In this document: piece after piece, positions 13,201 to 28,200 of the stretch
Layout of the letters: each line of letters starts with the position of its first letter
Position numbering within the stretch: position 1 is the stretch's first letter
NCBI GenBank assembly: GCA_963514005.1
Contig: OY740799.1
Location: forward strand, 31,062,001 to 31,126,000
DNA length: 64,000 nt
Reading direction: 5' to 3'
Origin: Raja brachyura
Taxonomy: Eukaryota
Program-made: the position numbers and the translations under genes
The notes under the pieces: model-generated
What the model saw: only the letters and a program-made list of their open reading frames with translations
What the model was told of the DNA's origin: nothing
The model's database searches: none

Positions 13201-16200
13201 AGTATCTGAAATATATTTCACTAACCTGATGTGGTGCTGGTAGTGGTCTCTGTTGTTGATGTAGTTGTTGGTGTTCCTAGTGAAAGAAAATAAAGCAATA
13301 TTTAACCAAGACAGCCAAGAGGAATTGGTATACAGCTAACTATTGGTAGTCAGGAAACCATCAGCAGCAATTCATATGCTGGTACACTTTATTAAAATGT
13401 TTAACAGATGACATTTTTGTTCAACCTAGAATAAAATGGCAAGGCAAAATATACTTTTGATAAATCAGCAGCTGAATATTTCAGTGCAATCACAACTAAT
13501 CCTGTTCTATCTATACACCAGTTGCGGATTTCCTGGAAGATCAACCGTCTTCCAAAGACTGCAAGGTCTACTTAATACCATATTTTATAATACCATTATT
13601 CGTGGATCCATTTTTGAAAAATCTTTGAGCTGAAACAAAACTGTTTAACTGCGTTGCCATGACCAAAAACTACAGGAATAGTGGAAGAGGCGAAGGGAAG
13701 AGACCTTTTCTATAAAAGTGAAAATCCTTATCCATGTCTGCTGAAAGGTGCCAGACTCAATTCTCTTTTTAAAATTATGGCAGGCAATCAGCAACAAATG
13801 GCCTCCTCAATTCGGTAGTTGTTTCTATATTTTCATGGTGAGAAACTACATTTTTTGAATAAAGCAATGAACAAATATTCCTGAAGAGGGGGCTATATAG
13901 AGCTTCACTAAACAAAGCACAGAGTCCAAAAGGAAACGCTAACAAGATTGATAGATGATGTTGCTAACCTGATGTAGTGCTGGTAGTGGTCTCAGTTGTT
14001 GGTGTCGTTTCTAGTGAAAGAAAAGATTGCTCTATTCAAGTGGGGCAGCCAAGAGAATTGGTACGCAGTTATAAAGCCATCAACAGGAATTCATGAGCTG
14101 GCACATTTTATGAAAGTGTTTTCATGTGTAGTTTGGTTGCTTCTTACTAATATGCAAAGATAAACTGCTCAGCAACAACAGACTGTGTCCCCCGTGGCCT
14201 CTCCACGGCGTTCTGCGCCCAGCACGCTTATTTCACCACCTCGCCGGTCACTTTCCCGGACACTTCACCGGTGAATTCCCCATCACTTTACCGATTAATT
14301 GAATAAAGCGTGCGGCCATACTATACGGCTGCATTACTTTTTCCTTGTCAATCAGCAGCTGAATATTTCAGGGCCATCATAAACAATTTCAATTTCTTAA
14401 TGTACCAACTTCAGATTTTGTGGAAGCTCAGCAAGTATTCCAAGAACTACTGATCAGAAATGTCGAACATAAGGAGCGGTAAAGTGCCAAAACTGTTGCA
14501 ACTCCTACCTCACAGCACCAGAGACATCAGATTGATTTGTTCCGTGGGTGTTGTGTGCATGGAGATGACATGTCCTCCCTGTTATGTGTGGCTTTCCTAC
14601 AAATGTCTGAAATATATTGTCACTAACCTGATGTAGTACTGGTAGTGGTCTCAGTTATTGATGTAGTTGTTGGTGTTCCTGGTGAAAGAAAATAACGCAA
14701 TATTCAACCAAGACGGCAAGAGGAATTGGTACACAGCTAACTATTGGCAGTCAAGAAACCATCAGAAGGAATTCATAGGCTGGCACGCATTATTAAAAAT
14801 TTTAACAGATGGCATTTTTGTTCTTCGTAGAATAAAATGACAGAGCAAAATATATTTGATCAATCAGCAGCTGAATATTTCTGTGCCATCACAAATAAAC
14901 CTGTTCTGACTATACATCAGTTACGGATATCCTGGAAGATTACCGTCTTCCAAAGACCTCAAAATCACCATGTTGTCCAATACCATTATTTGTTGAACCA
15001 TGTTTGAAAAATCTTTGAGCTGAAACAAAACTGTTTAACAGCGTTGCCATGACAAAAAAACTCCCGGAAATCTGGAGGAGGCGAAGGGAAGAGACCTTTT
15101 CTAAAAAGCGAAAATCCTTATCCATGTCAACTGAAAAATGCCAGATTTAATGCTGTTTGTGAGATTATTGTAGGCAACCAGCACCAAAAGGCCTCCTTAA
15201 TTTGGTAGTTGTTTCTATATTTTTGTGGTGAGAAACTACATTTTTGGAATAAAACAATGAACAAATATTCATGAAGAGGGGGCTATATAGAGCTTCACTA
15301 AACAAAGCACAGAGTCCAAAAGGAAAAGCTAACAAGATTGATAGATGATGATACTAACCTGATGTAGTGCTGGTGGTGGTCTCAGTTGTTGGTGTTGTTT
15401 CTAGTGAAAGAAAAGATTGCTCTATTCAAGTGGGGCAGCCAAGAGAATTGGAACGCAGATATGAAGCCATCAACAGGAATTCATCAACTGGCATATTTTA
15501 TGAAAACGTTTTACTAGTTGTCACTTTCTTCATCAGTGAATAAACCATGCGGCCATACTATACGGCTGCATTACTTTTTCCTTGTCTTTGAGAAATTGCA
15601 TCTGATCAGGCATCTAGAAATATTGATTTGGCACAGCTGTGCAGCTGGTAGAGCTGCAGCCTCATAGTGTCATAGATTTGTATTCTATCCTAACCTCGGG
15701 TGCTGTCAGGGCTGGGATTGCACGTTCTCCCTTTCACTACCTGTGATCCCCCCAAGTTTTTAACAGAGGATGATACTGACCTGATGTAGTGGTGGTCCCA
15801 GATGTTGATGTAGTTGTTTCTAGTGAAATAAAAAAATGTTATGTTCCACTGAGACAAACAAGAGGAATTGTTATGCAGTTTAGAATCCTCCAACAGGAAT
15901 TTATCAACTGGCACCTTTTAATAAGAAATTTTACACTTGATCTTTCCTTATCAGTGAATATAGCGTATGGCCATACTATGCTGCTGCATTACTTTTTCCT
16001 TGTCAATCAGCTGCTGAATGTCAGGACCACCACAAATAATTACAACTTCTTAATGTACCAACTTCAGATTTTGTGGAAGCTCAGCAAGTATTCCAAGAAC
16101 TACTGATAATAAATTTACAACATAAGCAGCGGTAAAGTGCCACAACTGTTGCAACTCCTACCTCACAGCACCAGAGACGTCAGATTGATTTGTTCCGTGG

Positions 16201-19200
16201 GTGCTGTGTGCAAGGAGATTACATGTACTCCCTGTTATATGTGCCTTTCCTACATGTGTGTGAAATATATTGTCACTAACCTGATGTAGTACTGGTAGTG
16301 GTCTCTGTTGTTGATGTAGTTGTTGGTGTTTCTAGTGAAAGAAAATAATGCAATATTCAACCAGGACAGCCAAGAGGAATTGGTACATAGCTAACTATTG
16401 GTAGTCAGGAAACCATCAGCAGGAATTCATATGGTGGCACACTTAATTGAAATGTTGAACAGAAGGCATTTTTGTTCTTCACAGAATAAAATTGTAGGGA
16501 AAATATAATTTTGATCAATCAGAAGCTGAATATTTCAGTGCCATCACAAATAATTCTGTTCTATCTATACACCAGTTGCAGATTTCCTGGAAGATCAACC
16601 ATCTTCCAAAGACTGCAAGGTCTACTTAATACCATCATTTCCGATAGTATGTACTGTGTGTACTATGGGTAAGCATGTCTGTTCATATGCCCCATTGATA
16701 CATGATTATCAACTTGCATAAATTGTGTTCATTATAATCATGTTTTTGATTTTTGCTATGGAATGGCCGTAGAAATTGAGAAGCAGAAAACACCAACTCA
16801 TTTCCTCCACAAATCCAAACTATTTTGAAATTGTGACATAATTTGGTAGAATTGTTATGAGTCAAACATTGACATCTTAACATGTATATTTGCACAATTT
16901 ATGCCAATAATTTAAGCAAAGATGCAAGAAGTAAGTCACAGAGCTGATGTTAGAAATGTTGTCTCATTGTCTTCGATTTGCCAATGTTTATTGAAAGTGG
17001 TTTGACTCACCTGTTGTGGAACTGGAGGTAGTCTCAGTTGTTCCAGTTGTCAAAGATGTTGTTGGTGTTGTTCCTGGAGAGCAAATAGAAAAGAATTTAC
17101 AAATTGAATTGCAAGAGTCACCAATCAATTTCAGTACGACACTGTACATTTTCAAAAGACTGGGCTGAATTTTAACAATGTTCATTGCTTGTGCCTATGC
17201 AAAGGACATTTATTAGTAAACCAAATTTTGTTTCGTCATTTATCAAATGCACCGAAATTATAAATAGACATTGTGATTTTTAGAAGAAAGTTCTAAACTC
17301 CTTCGTTGATCAACTTTGGAACCATCATTGAGCAGAAACAAAACTGTTTAACAGCGCTGCCATGACCAAAAACTCCCGGAATAGTGGAGGAGGCGAAGGG
17401 AAGAGACCTTTTCTAAAAAGTGAAAATCCTTATCCATGTCAACTGAAAAGTGCAGATTTAATGCTCTTTTTGAAATTATTGTAGGCAACCAGCACCAAAA
17501 GGCCTCATTAATTTGGTATTTACTTCTATATTTTCGTGGTGAGAAACTACATTTTTGGAATAAAGCAATGCACAAATATTCATGAAGAGGGTGCGATATG
17601 GAGCTTCACTAAACAAAGCACCGAATCCAAAAGGAAAAGTTTACAAGATTGATAGATGATGTTACTAACCTGATGTAGTGCTGGTGGTGGTCTCAGTTGT
17701 TGGTGTCGTTTCTAGTGAAAGAAAAGATTGCTCTATTCAAGTGGGGCAGCCAAGAGGAATTGGTACTCAGTTATAAAGCCATCAACAGGAATTCATGAGC
17801 TGGCACATTTCATGAAAGTGTTTTAATATGTAGATTGGTTACTTCTTACTAATATGCGAAGATAAACTGCTCAGCAACAACAGACTGTATCCCCCGCAGC
17901 CGCTCCATGGCGTTCTGCACCCAGCAAGCTTATTTCACCACCTCCAATCGGTGTGTCTCCAGTGCCATCCCCGGTCACTTCCCCGTCACTTTATCGATTA
18001 ATTGAATAAAGCGTGCGATCATACTATGGGCTGCATTACTTTTTACTTGTCAATCAGCGGCTGAATAATTCAGGGTCATCATGAACAATTTCAATTTCTT
18101 AATATACCAACTTCAGATTTTGTGGAAGCTCAGCAGTATTCTAAGACCTATTGATCAGAAATTTAGAACATAAGGAGCGGTAAAGTGCCACAACTGGCGC
18201 AACTCCTACCTCACAGCACCAGAGACATCAGATTGATTTGTTCCGTGGGTGCTGTGTACATGGAGATGACATGCCCTCCCTGTTATGTGTTGCTTTCCTA
18301 CAAGTATCTGAAATATATTTCACTAACCTGATGTGGTGCTGGTAGTGGTCTCTGTTGTTGATGTAGTTGTTGGTGTTCCTAGTGAAAGAAAATAAAGCAA
18401 TATTTAACCAAGACAGCCAAGAGGAATTGGTATACAGCTAACTATTGGTAGTCAGGAAACCATCAGCAGCAATTCATATGCTGGTACACTTTATTAAAAT
18501 GTTTAACAGATGACATTTTTGTTCAACCTAGAATAAAATGGCAAGGCAAAATATACTTTTGATAAATCAGCAGCTGAATATTTCAGTGCAATCACAACTA
18601 ATCCTGTTCTATCTATACACCAGTTGCGGATTTCCTGGAAGATCAACCGTCTTCCAAAGACTGCAAGGTCTACTTAATACCATATTTTATAATACCATTA
18701 TTCGTGGATCCATTTTTGAAAAATCTTTGAGCTGAAACAAAACTGTTTAACTGCGTTGCCATGACCAAAAACTACAGGAATAGTGGAAGAGGCGAAGGGA
18801 AGAGACCTTTTCTATAAAAGTGAAAATCCTTATCCATGTCTGCTGAAAGGTGCCAGACTCAATTCTCTTTTTAAAATTATGGCAGGCAATCAGCAACAAA
18901 TGGCCTCCTCAATTCGGTAGTTGTTTCTATATTTTCATGGTGAGAAACTACATTTTTTGAATAAAGCAATGAACAAATATTCCTGAAGAGGGGGCTATAT
19001 AGAGCTTCACTAAACAAAGCACAGAGTCCAAAAGGAAACGCTAACAAGATTGATAGATGATGTTACTAACCTGATGTAGTGCTGGTAGTGGTCTCAGTTG
19101 TTGGTGTCGTTTCTAGTGAAAGAAAAGATTGCTCTATTCAAGTGGGGCAGCCAAGAGAATTGGTACGCAGTTATAAAGCCATCAACAGGAATTCATGAGC

Positions 19201-22200
19201 TGGCACATTTTATGAAAGTGTTTTCATGTGTAGTTTGGTTGCTTCTTACTAATATGCAAAGATAAACTGCTCAGCAACAACAGACTGTGTCCCCCGTGGC
19301 CTCTCCACGGCGTTCTGCGCCCAGCACGCTTATTTCACCACCTCGCCGGTCACTTTCCTGGACACTTCACCGGTGAATTCCCCATCACGTTACCGATTAA
19401 TTGAATAAAGCGTGCGGCCATACTATACGGCTGCATTACTTTTTCCTTGTCAATCAGCAGCTGAATATTTCAGGGCCATCATAAACAATTTCAATTTCTT
19501 AATGTACCAACTTCAGATTTTGTGGAAGCTCAGCAAGTATTCCAAGAACTACTGATCAGAAATGTCGAACATAAGGAGCGGTAAAGTGCCAAAACTGTTG
19601 CAACTCCTACCTCACAGCACCAGAGACATCAGATTGATTTGTTCCGTGGGTGTTGTGTGCATAGAGATGACATGTCCTCCCTGTTATGTGTGGCTTTCCT
19701 ACAAATGTCTGAAATATATTGTCACTAACCTGATGTAGTACTGGTAGTGGTCTCAGTTATTGATGTAGTTGTTGGTGTTCCTGGTGAAAGAAAATAACGC
19801 AATATTCAACCAAGACGGCAAGAGGAATTGGTACACAGCTAACTATTGGCAGTCAAGAAACCATCAGAAGGAATTCATAGGCTGGCACGCATTATTAAAA
19901 ATTTTAACAGATGGCATTTTTGTTCTTCGTAGAATAAAATGACAGAGCAAAATATATTTGATCAATCAGCAGCTGAATATTTCTGTGCCATCACAAATAA
20001 ACCTGTTCTGACTATACATCAGTTACGGATATCCTGGAAGATTACCGTCTTCCAAAGACCTCAAAATCACCATGTTGTCCAATACCATTATTTGTTGAAC
20101 CATGTTTGAAAAATCTTTGAGCTGAAACAAAACTGTTTAACAGCGTTGCCATGACAAAAAAACTCCCGGAAATCTGGAGGAGGCGAAGGGAAGAGACCTT
20201 TTCTAAAAAGCGAAAATCCTTATCCATGTCAACTGAAAAATGCCAGATTTAATGCTGTTTGTGAGATTATTGTAGGCAACCAGCACCAAAAGGCCTCCTT
20301 AATTTGGTAGTTGTTTCTATATTTTTGTGGTGAGAAACTACATTTTTGGAATAAAACAATGAACAAATATTCATGAAGAGGGGGCTATATAGAGCTTCAC
20401 TAAACAAAGCACAGAGTCCAAAAGGAAAAGCTAACAAGATTGATAGATGATGATACTAACCTGATGTAGTGCTGGTGGTGGTCTCAGTTGTTGGTGTTGT
20501 TTCTAGTGAAAGAAAAGATTGCTCTATTCAAGTGGGGCAGCCAAGAGAATTGGAACGCAGATATGAAGCCATCAACAGGAATTCATCAACTGGCATATTT
20601 TATGAAAACGTTTTACTAGTTGTCACTTTCTTCATCAGTGAATAAACCATGTGGCCATACTATACGGCTGCATTACTTTTTCCTTGTCTTTGAGAAATTG
20701 CATTTGATCAGGCATCTAGAAATATTGATTTGGCACAGCTGTGCAGCTGGTAGAGCTGCAGCCTCATAGTGTCATAGATTTGTATTCTATCCTAACCTCG
20801 GGTGCTGTCAGGGCTGGGATTGCACGTTCTCCCTTTCACTACCTGTGATCCCCCCAAGTTTTTAACAGAGGATGATACTGACCTGATGTAGTGGTGGTCC
20901 CAGATGTTGATGTAGTTGTTTCTAGTGAAATAAAAAAATGTTATGTTCCACTGAGACAAACAAGAGGAATTGTTATGCGGTTTAGAATCCTCCAACAGGA
21001 ATTTATCAACTGGCACCTTTTAATAAGAAATTTTACACTTGATCTTTACTTATCAGTGAATATAGCGTATGGCCATACTATGCTGCTGCATTACTTTTTC
21101 CTTGTCAATCAGCTGCTGAATGTCAGGGCCACCACAAATAATTCCAACTTCTTAATGTACCAACTTCAGATTTTGTGGAAGCTCAGCAAGTATTCCAAGA
21201 ACTACTGATCATAAATTTACAACATAAGCAGCGGTAAAGTGCCACAACTGTTGCAACTCCTACCTCACAGCACCAGAGACTTCAGATTGATTTGTTCCGT
21301 GGGTGCTGTGTGCATGGAGATTACATGTACTCCCTGTTGTGTGTGCCTTTCCTACATGTGTGTGAAATATATTGTCACTAACCTGATGTAGTACTGGTAG
21401 TGGTCTCTGTTGTTGATGTAGTTGTTGGTGTTTCTAGTGAAAGAAAATAATGCAATATTCAACCAGGACAGCCAAGAGGAATTGGTACATAGCTAACTAT
21501 TGGTAGTCAGGAAACCATCAGCAGGAATTCATATGGTGGCACACTTAATTGAAATGTTGAACAGAAGGCATTTTTGTTCTTCACAGAATAAAATTGTAGG
21601 GAAAATATAATTTTGATCAATCAGAAGCTGAATATTTCAGTGCCATCACAAATAATTCTGTTCTATCTATACACCAGTTGCAGATTTCCTGGAAGATCAA
21701 CCATCTTCCAAAGACTGCAAGGTCTACTTAATACCATCATTTCCGATAGTATGTACTGTGTGTACTATGGGTAAGCATGTCTGTTCATATGCCCCATTGA
21801 TACATGATTATCAACTTGCATAAATTGTGTTCATTATAATCATGTTTTTGATTTTTGCTATGGAATGGCCGTAGAAATTGAGAAGCAGAAAACACCAACT
21901 CATTTCCTCCACAAATCCAAACTATTTTGAAATTGTGACAAAATTTGGTAGAATTGTTATGAGTCAAACATTGACATCTTAACATGTATATTTGCACAAT
22001 TTATGCCAATAATTTAAGCAAAGATGCAAGAAGTAAGTCACAGAGCTGATGTTAGAAATGTTGTCTCATTGTCTTCGATTTGCCAATGTTTATTGAAAGT
22101 GGTTTGACTCACCTGTTGTGGAACTGGAGGTAGTCTCAGTTGTTCCAGTTGTCAAAGATGTTGTTGGTGTTGTTCCTGGAGAGCAAATAGAAAAGAATTT

Positions 22201-25200
22201 ACAAATTGAATTGCAAGAGTCACCAATCAATTTCAGTACGACACTGTACATTTTCAAAAGACTGGGCTGAATTTTAACAATGTTCATTGCTTGTGCCTAT
22301 GCAAAGGACATTTATTAGTAAACCAAATTTTGTTTCGTCATTTATCAAATGCACCGAAATTATAAATAGACATTGTGATTTTTAGAAGAAAGTTCTAAAC
22401 TCCTTCGTTGATCAACTTTGGAACCATCATTGAGCAGAAACAAAACTGTTTAACAGCGCTGCCATGACCAAAAACTCCCGGAATAGTGGAGGAGGCGAAG
22501 GGAAGAGACCTTTTCTAAAAAGTGAAAATCCTTATCCATGTCAACTGAAAAGTGCAGATTTAATGCTCTTTTTGAAATTATTGTAGGCAACCAGCACCAA
22601 AAGGCCTCATTAATTTGGTATTTACTTCTATATTTTCGTGGTGAGAAACTACATTTTTGGAATAAAGCAATGAACAAATATTCATGAAGAGGGTGCGATA
22701 TGGAGCTTCACTAAACAAAGCACCGAATCCAAAAGGAAAAGTTAACAAGATTGATAGATGATGTTACTAACCTGATGTAGTGCTGGTGGTGGTCTCAGTT
22801 GTTGGTGTCGTTTCTAGTGAAAGAAAAGATTGCTCTATTCAAGTGGGGCAGCCAAGAGGAATTGGTACTCAGTTATAAAGCCATCAACAGGAATTCATGA
22901 GCTGGCACATTTCATGAAAGTGTTTTAATATGTAGATTGGTTACTTCTTACTAATATGCGAAGATAAACTGCTCAGCAACAACAGACTGTATCCCCCGCA
23001 GCCGCTCCATGGCGTTCTGCACCCAGCAAGCTTATTTCACCACCTCCAATCGGTGTGTCTCCAGTGCCATCCCCGGTCACTTCCCCGTCACTTTATCGAT
23101 TAATTGAATAAAGCATGCGATCATACTATGGGCTGCATTACTTTTTACTTGTCAATCAGCGGCTGAATAATTCAGGGTCATCATGAACAATTTCAATTTC
23201 TTAATATACCAACTTCAGATTTTGTGGAAGCTCAGCAGTATTCTAAGACCTATTGATCAGAAATTTAGAACATAAGGAGCGGTAAAGTGCCACAACTGGC
23301 GCAACTCCTACCTCACAGCACCAGAGACATCAGATTGATTTGTTCCGTGGGTGCTGTGTACATGGAGATGACATGCCCTCCCTGTTATGTGTTGCTTTCC
23401 TACAAGTATCTGAAATATATTTCACTAACCTGATGTGGTGCTGGTAGTGGTCTCTGTTGTTGATGTAGTTGTTGGTGTTCCTAGTGAAAGAAAATAAAGC
23501 AATATTTAACCAAGACAGCCAAGAGGAATTGGTATACAGCTAACTATTGGTAGTCAGGAAACCATCAGCAGCAATTCATATGCTGGTACACTTTATTAAA
23601 ATGTTTAACAGATGACATTTTTGTTCAACCTAGAATAAAATGGCAAGGCAAAATATACTTTTGATAAATCAGCAGCTGAATATTTCAGTGCAATCACAAC
23701 TAATCCTGTTCTATCTATACACCAGTTGCGGATTTCCTGGAAGATCAACCGTCTTCCAAAGACTGCAAGGTCTACTTAATACCATATTTTATAATACCAT
23801 TATTCGTGGATCCATTTTTGAAAAATCTTTGAGCTGAAACAAAACTGTTTAACTGCGTTGCCATGACCAAAAACTACAGGAATAGTGGAAGAGGCGAAGG
23901 GAAGAGACCTTTTCTGTAAAAGTGAAAATCCTTATCCATGTCTGCTGAAAGGTGCCAGACTCAATTCTCTTTTTTAAATTATGGCAGGCAATCAGCAACA
24001 AATGGCCTCCTCAATTCGGTAGTTGTTTCTATATTTTCATGGTGAGAAACTACATTTTTTGAATAAAGCAATGAACAAATATTCCTGAAGAGGGGGCTAT
24101 ATAGAGCTTCACTAAACAAAGCACAGAGTCCAAAAGGAAACGCTAACAAGATTGATAGATGATGTTACTAACCTGATGTAGTGCTGGTGGTGGTCTCAGT
24201 TGTTGGTGTTGTTTCTAGTGAAAGAAAAGATTGCTCTATTCAAGTGGGGCAGCCAAGAGAATTGGTACGCAGTTATAAAGCCATCAACAGGAATTCATGA
24301 GCTGGCACATTTTATGAAAGTGTTTTCATGTGTAGTTTGGTTGCTTCTTACTAATATGCAAAGATAAACTGCTCAGCAACAACAGACTGTGTCCCCCGTG
24401 GCCTCTCCACGGCGTTCTGCGCCCAGCACGCTTATTTCACCACCTCGCCGGTCACTTTCCCGGACACTTCACCGGTGAATTCCCCATCACTTTACCGATT
24501 AATTGAATAAAGCGTGCGGCCATACTATACGGCTGCATTACTTTTTCCTTGTCAATCAGCAGCTGAATATTTCAGGGCCATCATAAACAATTTCAATTTC
24601 TTAATGTACCAACTTCAGATTTTGTGGAAGCTCAGCAAGTATTCCAAGAACTACTGATCAGAAATGTCGAACATAAGGAGCGGTAAAGTGCCAAAACTGT
24701 TGCAACTCCTACCTCACAGCACCAGAGACATCAGATTGATTTGTTCCGTGGGTGTTGTGTGCATGGAGATGACATGTCCTCCCTGTTATGTGTGGCTTTC
24801 CTACAAATGTCTGAAATATATTGTCACTAACCTGATGTAGTACTGGTAGTGGTCTCAGTTATTGATGTAGTTGTTGGTGTTCCTGGTGAAAGAAAATAAC
24901 GCAATATTCAACCAAGACGGCAAGAGGAATTGGTACACAGCTAACTATTGGCAGTCAAGAAACCATCAGAAGGAATTCATAGGCTGGCACGCATTATTAA
25001 AAATTTTAACAGATGGCATTTTTGTTCTTCGTAGAATAAAATGACAGAGCAAAATATATTTGATCAATCAGCAGCTGAATATTTCTGTGCCATCACAAAT
25101 AAACCTGTTCTGACTATACATCAGTTACGGATATCCTGGAAGATTACCGTCTTCCAAAGACCTCAAAATCACCATGTTGTCCAATACCATTATTTGTTGA

Positions 25201-28200
25201 ACCATGTTTGAAAAATCTTTGAGCTGAAACAAAACTGTTTAACAGCGTTGCCATGACAAAAAAACTCCCGGAAATCTGGAGGAGGCGAAGGGAAGAGACC
25301 TTTTCTAAAAAGCGAAAATCCTTATCCATGTCAACTGAAAAATGCCAGATTTAATGCTGTTTGTGAGATTATTGTAGGCAACCAGCACCAAAAGGCCTCC
25401 TTAATTTGGTAGTTGTTTCTATATTTTTGTGGTGAGAAACTACATTTTTGGAATAAAACAATGAACAAATATTCATGAAGAGGGGGCTATATAGAGCTTC
25501 ACTAAACAAAGCACAGAGTCCAAAAGGAAAAGCTAACAAGATTGATAGATGATGATACTAACCTGATGTAGTGCTGGTGGTGGTCTCAGTTGTTGCTGTT
25601 GTTTCTAGTGAAAGAAAAGATTGCTCTATTCAAGTGGGGCAGCCAAGAGAATTGGAACGCAGATATGAAGCCATCAACAGGAATTCATCAACTGGCATAT
25701 TTTATGAAAACGTTTTACTAGTTGTCACTTTCTTCATCAGTGAATAAACCATGCGGCCATACTATACGGCTGCATTACTTTTTCCTTGTCTTTGAGAAAT
25801 TGCATCTGATCAGGCATCTAGAAATATTGATTTGGCACAGCTGTGCAGCTGGTAGAGCTGCAGCCTCATAGTGTCATAGATTTGTATTCTATCCTAACCT
25901 CGGGTGCTGTCAGGGCTGGGATTGCACGTTCTCCCTTTCACTACCTGTGATCCCCCCAAGTTTTTAACAGAGGATGATACTGACCTGATGTAGTGGTGGT
26001 CCCAGATGTTGATGTAGTTGTTTCTAGTGAAATAAAAAAATGTTATGTTCCACTGAGACAAACAAGAGGAATTGTTATGCGGTTTAGAATCCTCCAACAG
26101 GAATTTATCAACTGGCACCTTTTAATAAGAAATTTTACACTTGATCTTTACTTATCAGTGAATATAGCGTATGGCCATACTATGCTGCTGCATTACTTTT
26201 TCCTTGTCAATCAGCTGCTGAATGTCAGGGCCACCACAAATAATTCCAACTTCTTAATGTACCAACTTCAGATTTTGTGGAAGCTCAGCAAGTATTCCAA
26301 GAACTACTGATCATAAATTTACAACATAAGCAGCGGTAAAGTGCCACAACTGTTGCAACTCCTACCTCACAGCACCAGAGACTTCAGATTGATTTGTTCC
26401 GTGGGTGCTGTGTGCATGGAGATTACATGTACTCCCTGTTATGTGTGCCTTTCCTACATGTGTGTGAAATATATTGTCACTAACCTGATGTAGTACTGGT
26501 AGTGGTCTCTGTTGTTGATGTAGTTGTTGGTGTTTCTAGTGAAAGAAAATAATGCAATATTCAACCAGGACAGCCAAGAGGAATTGGTACATAGCTAACT
26601 ATTGGTAGTCAGGAAACCATCAGCAGGAATTCATATGGTGGCACACTTAATTGAAATGTTGAACAGAAGGCATTTTTGTTCTTCACAGAATAAAATTGTA
26701 GGGAAAATATAATTTTGATCAATCAGAAGCTGAATATTTCAGTGCCATCACAAATAATTCTGTTCTATCTATACACCAGTTGCAGATTTCCTGGAAGATC
26801 AACCATCTTCCAAAGACTGCAAGGTCTACTTAATACCATCATTTCCGATAGTATGTACTGTGTGTACTATGGGTAAGCATGTCTGTTCATATGCCCCATT
26901 GATACATGATTATCAACTTGCATAAATTGTGTTCATTATAATCATGTTTTTGATTTTTGCTATGGAATGGCCGTAGAAATTGAGAAGCAGAAAACACCAA
27001 CTCATTTCCTCCACAAATCCAAACTATTTTGAAATTGTGACAAAATTTGGTAGAATTGTTATGAGTCAAACATTGACATCTTAACATGTATATTTGCACA
27101 ATTTATGCCAATAATTTAAGCAAAGATGCAAGAAGTAAGTCACAGAGCTGATGTTAGAAATGTTGTCTCATTGTCTTCGATTTGCCAATGTTTATTGAAA
27201 GTGGTTTGACTCACCTGTTGTGGAACTGGAGGTAGTCTCAGTTGTTCCAGTTGTCAAAGATGTTGTTGGTGTTGTTCCTGGAGAGCAAATAGAAAAGAAT
27301 TTACAAATTGAATTGCAAGAGTCACCAATCAATTTCAGTACGACACTGTACATTTTCAAAAGACTGGGCTGAATTTTAACAATGTTCATTGCTTGTGCCT
27401 ATGCAAAGGACATTTATTAGTAAACCAAATTTTGTTTCGTCATTTATCAAATGCACCGAAATTATAAATAGACATTGTGATTTTTAGAAGAAAGTTCTAA
27501 ACTCCTTCGTTGATCAACTTTGGAACCATCATTGAGCAGAAACAAAACTGTTTAACAGCGCTGCCATGACCAAAAACTCCCGGAATAGTGGAGGAGGCGA
27601 AGGGAAGAGACCTTTTCTAAAAAGTGAAAATCCTTATCCATGTCAACTGAAAAGTGCAGATTTAATGCTCTTTTTGAAATTATTGTAGGCAACCAGCACC
27701 AAAAGGCCTCATGAATTTGGTATTTACTTCTATATTTTCGTGGTGAGAAACTACATTTTTGGAATAAAGCAATGAACAAATATTCATGAAGAGGGTGCGA
27801 TATGGAGCTTCACTAAACAAAGCACAGAATCCAAAAGGAAAAGTTAACAAGATTGATAGATGATGTTACTAACCTGATGTAGTGCTGGTGGTGGTCTCAG
27901 TTGTTGGTGTCGTTTCTAGTGAAAGAAAAGATTGCTCTATTCAAGTGGGGCAGCCAAGAGGAATTGGTACTCAGTTATAAAGCCATCAACAGGAATTCAT
28001 GAGCTGGCACATTTCATGAAAGTGTTTTAATATGTAGATTGGTTACTTCTTACTAATATGCGAAGATAAACTGCTCAGCAACAACAGACTGTATCCCCCG
28101 CAGCCGCTCCATGGCGTTCTGCACCCAGCACGCTTATTTCACCACCTCCAATCGGTGTGTCTCCGGTGCCATCCCCGGTCACTTCCCCGTCACTTTATCG

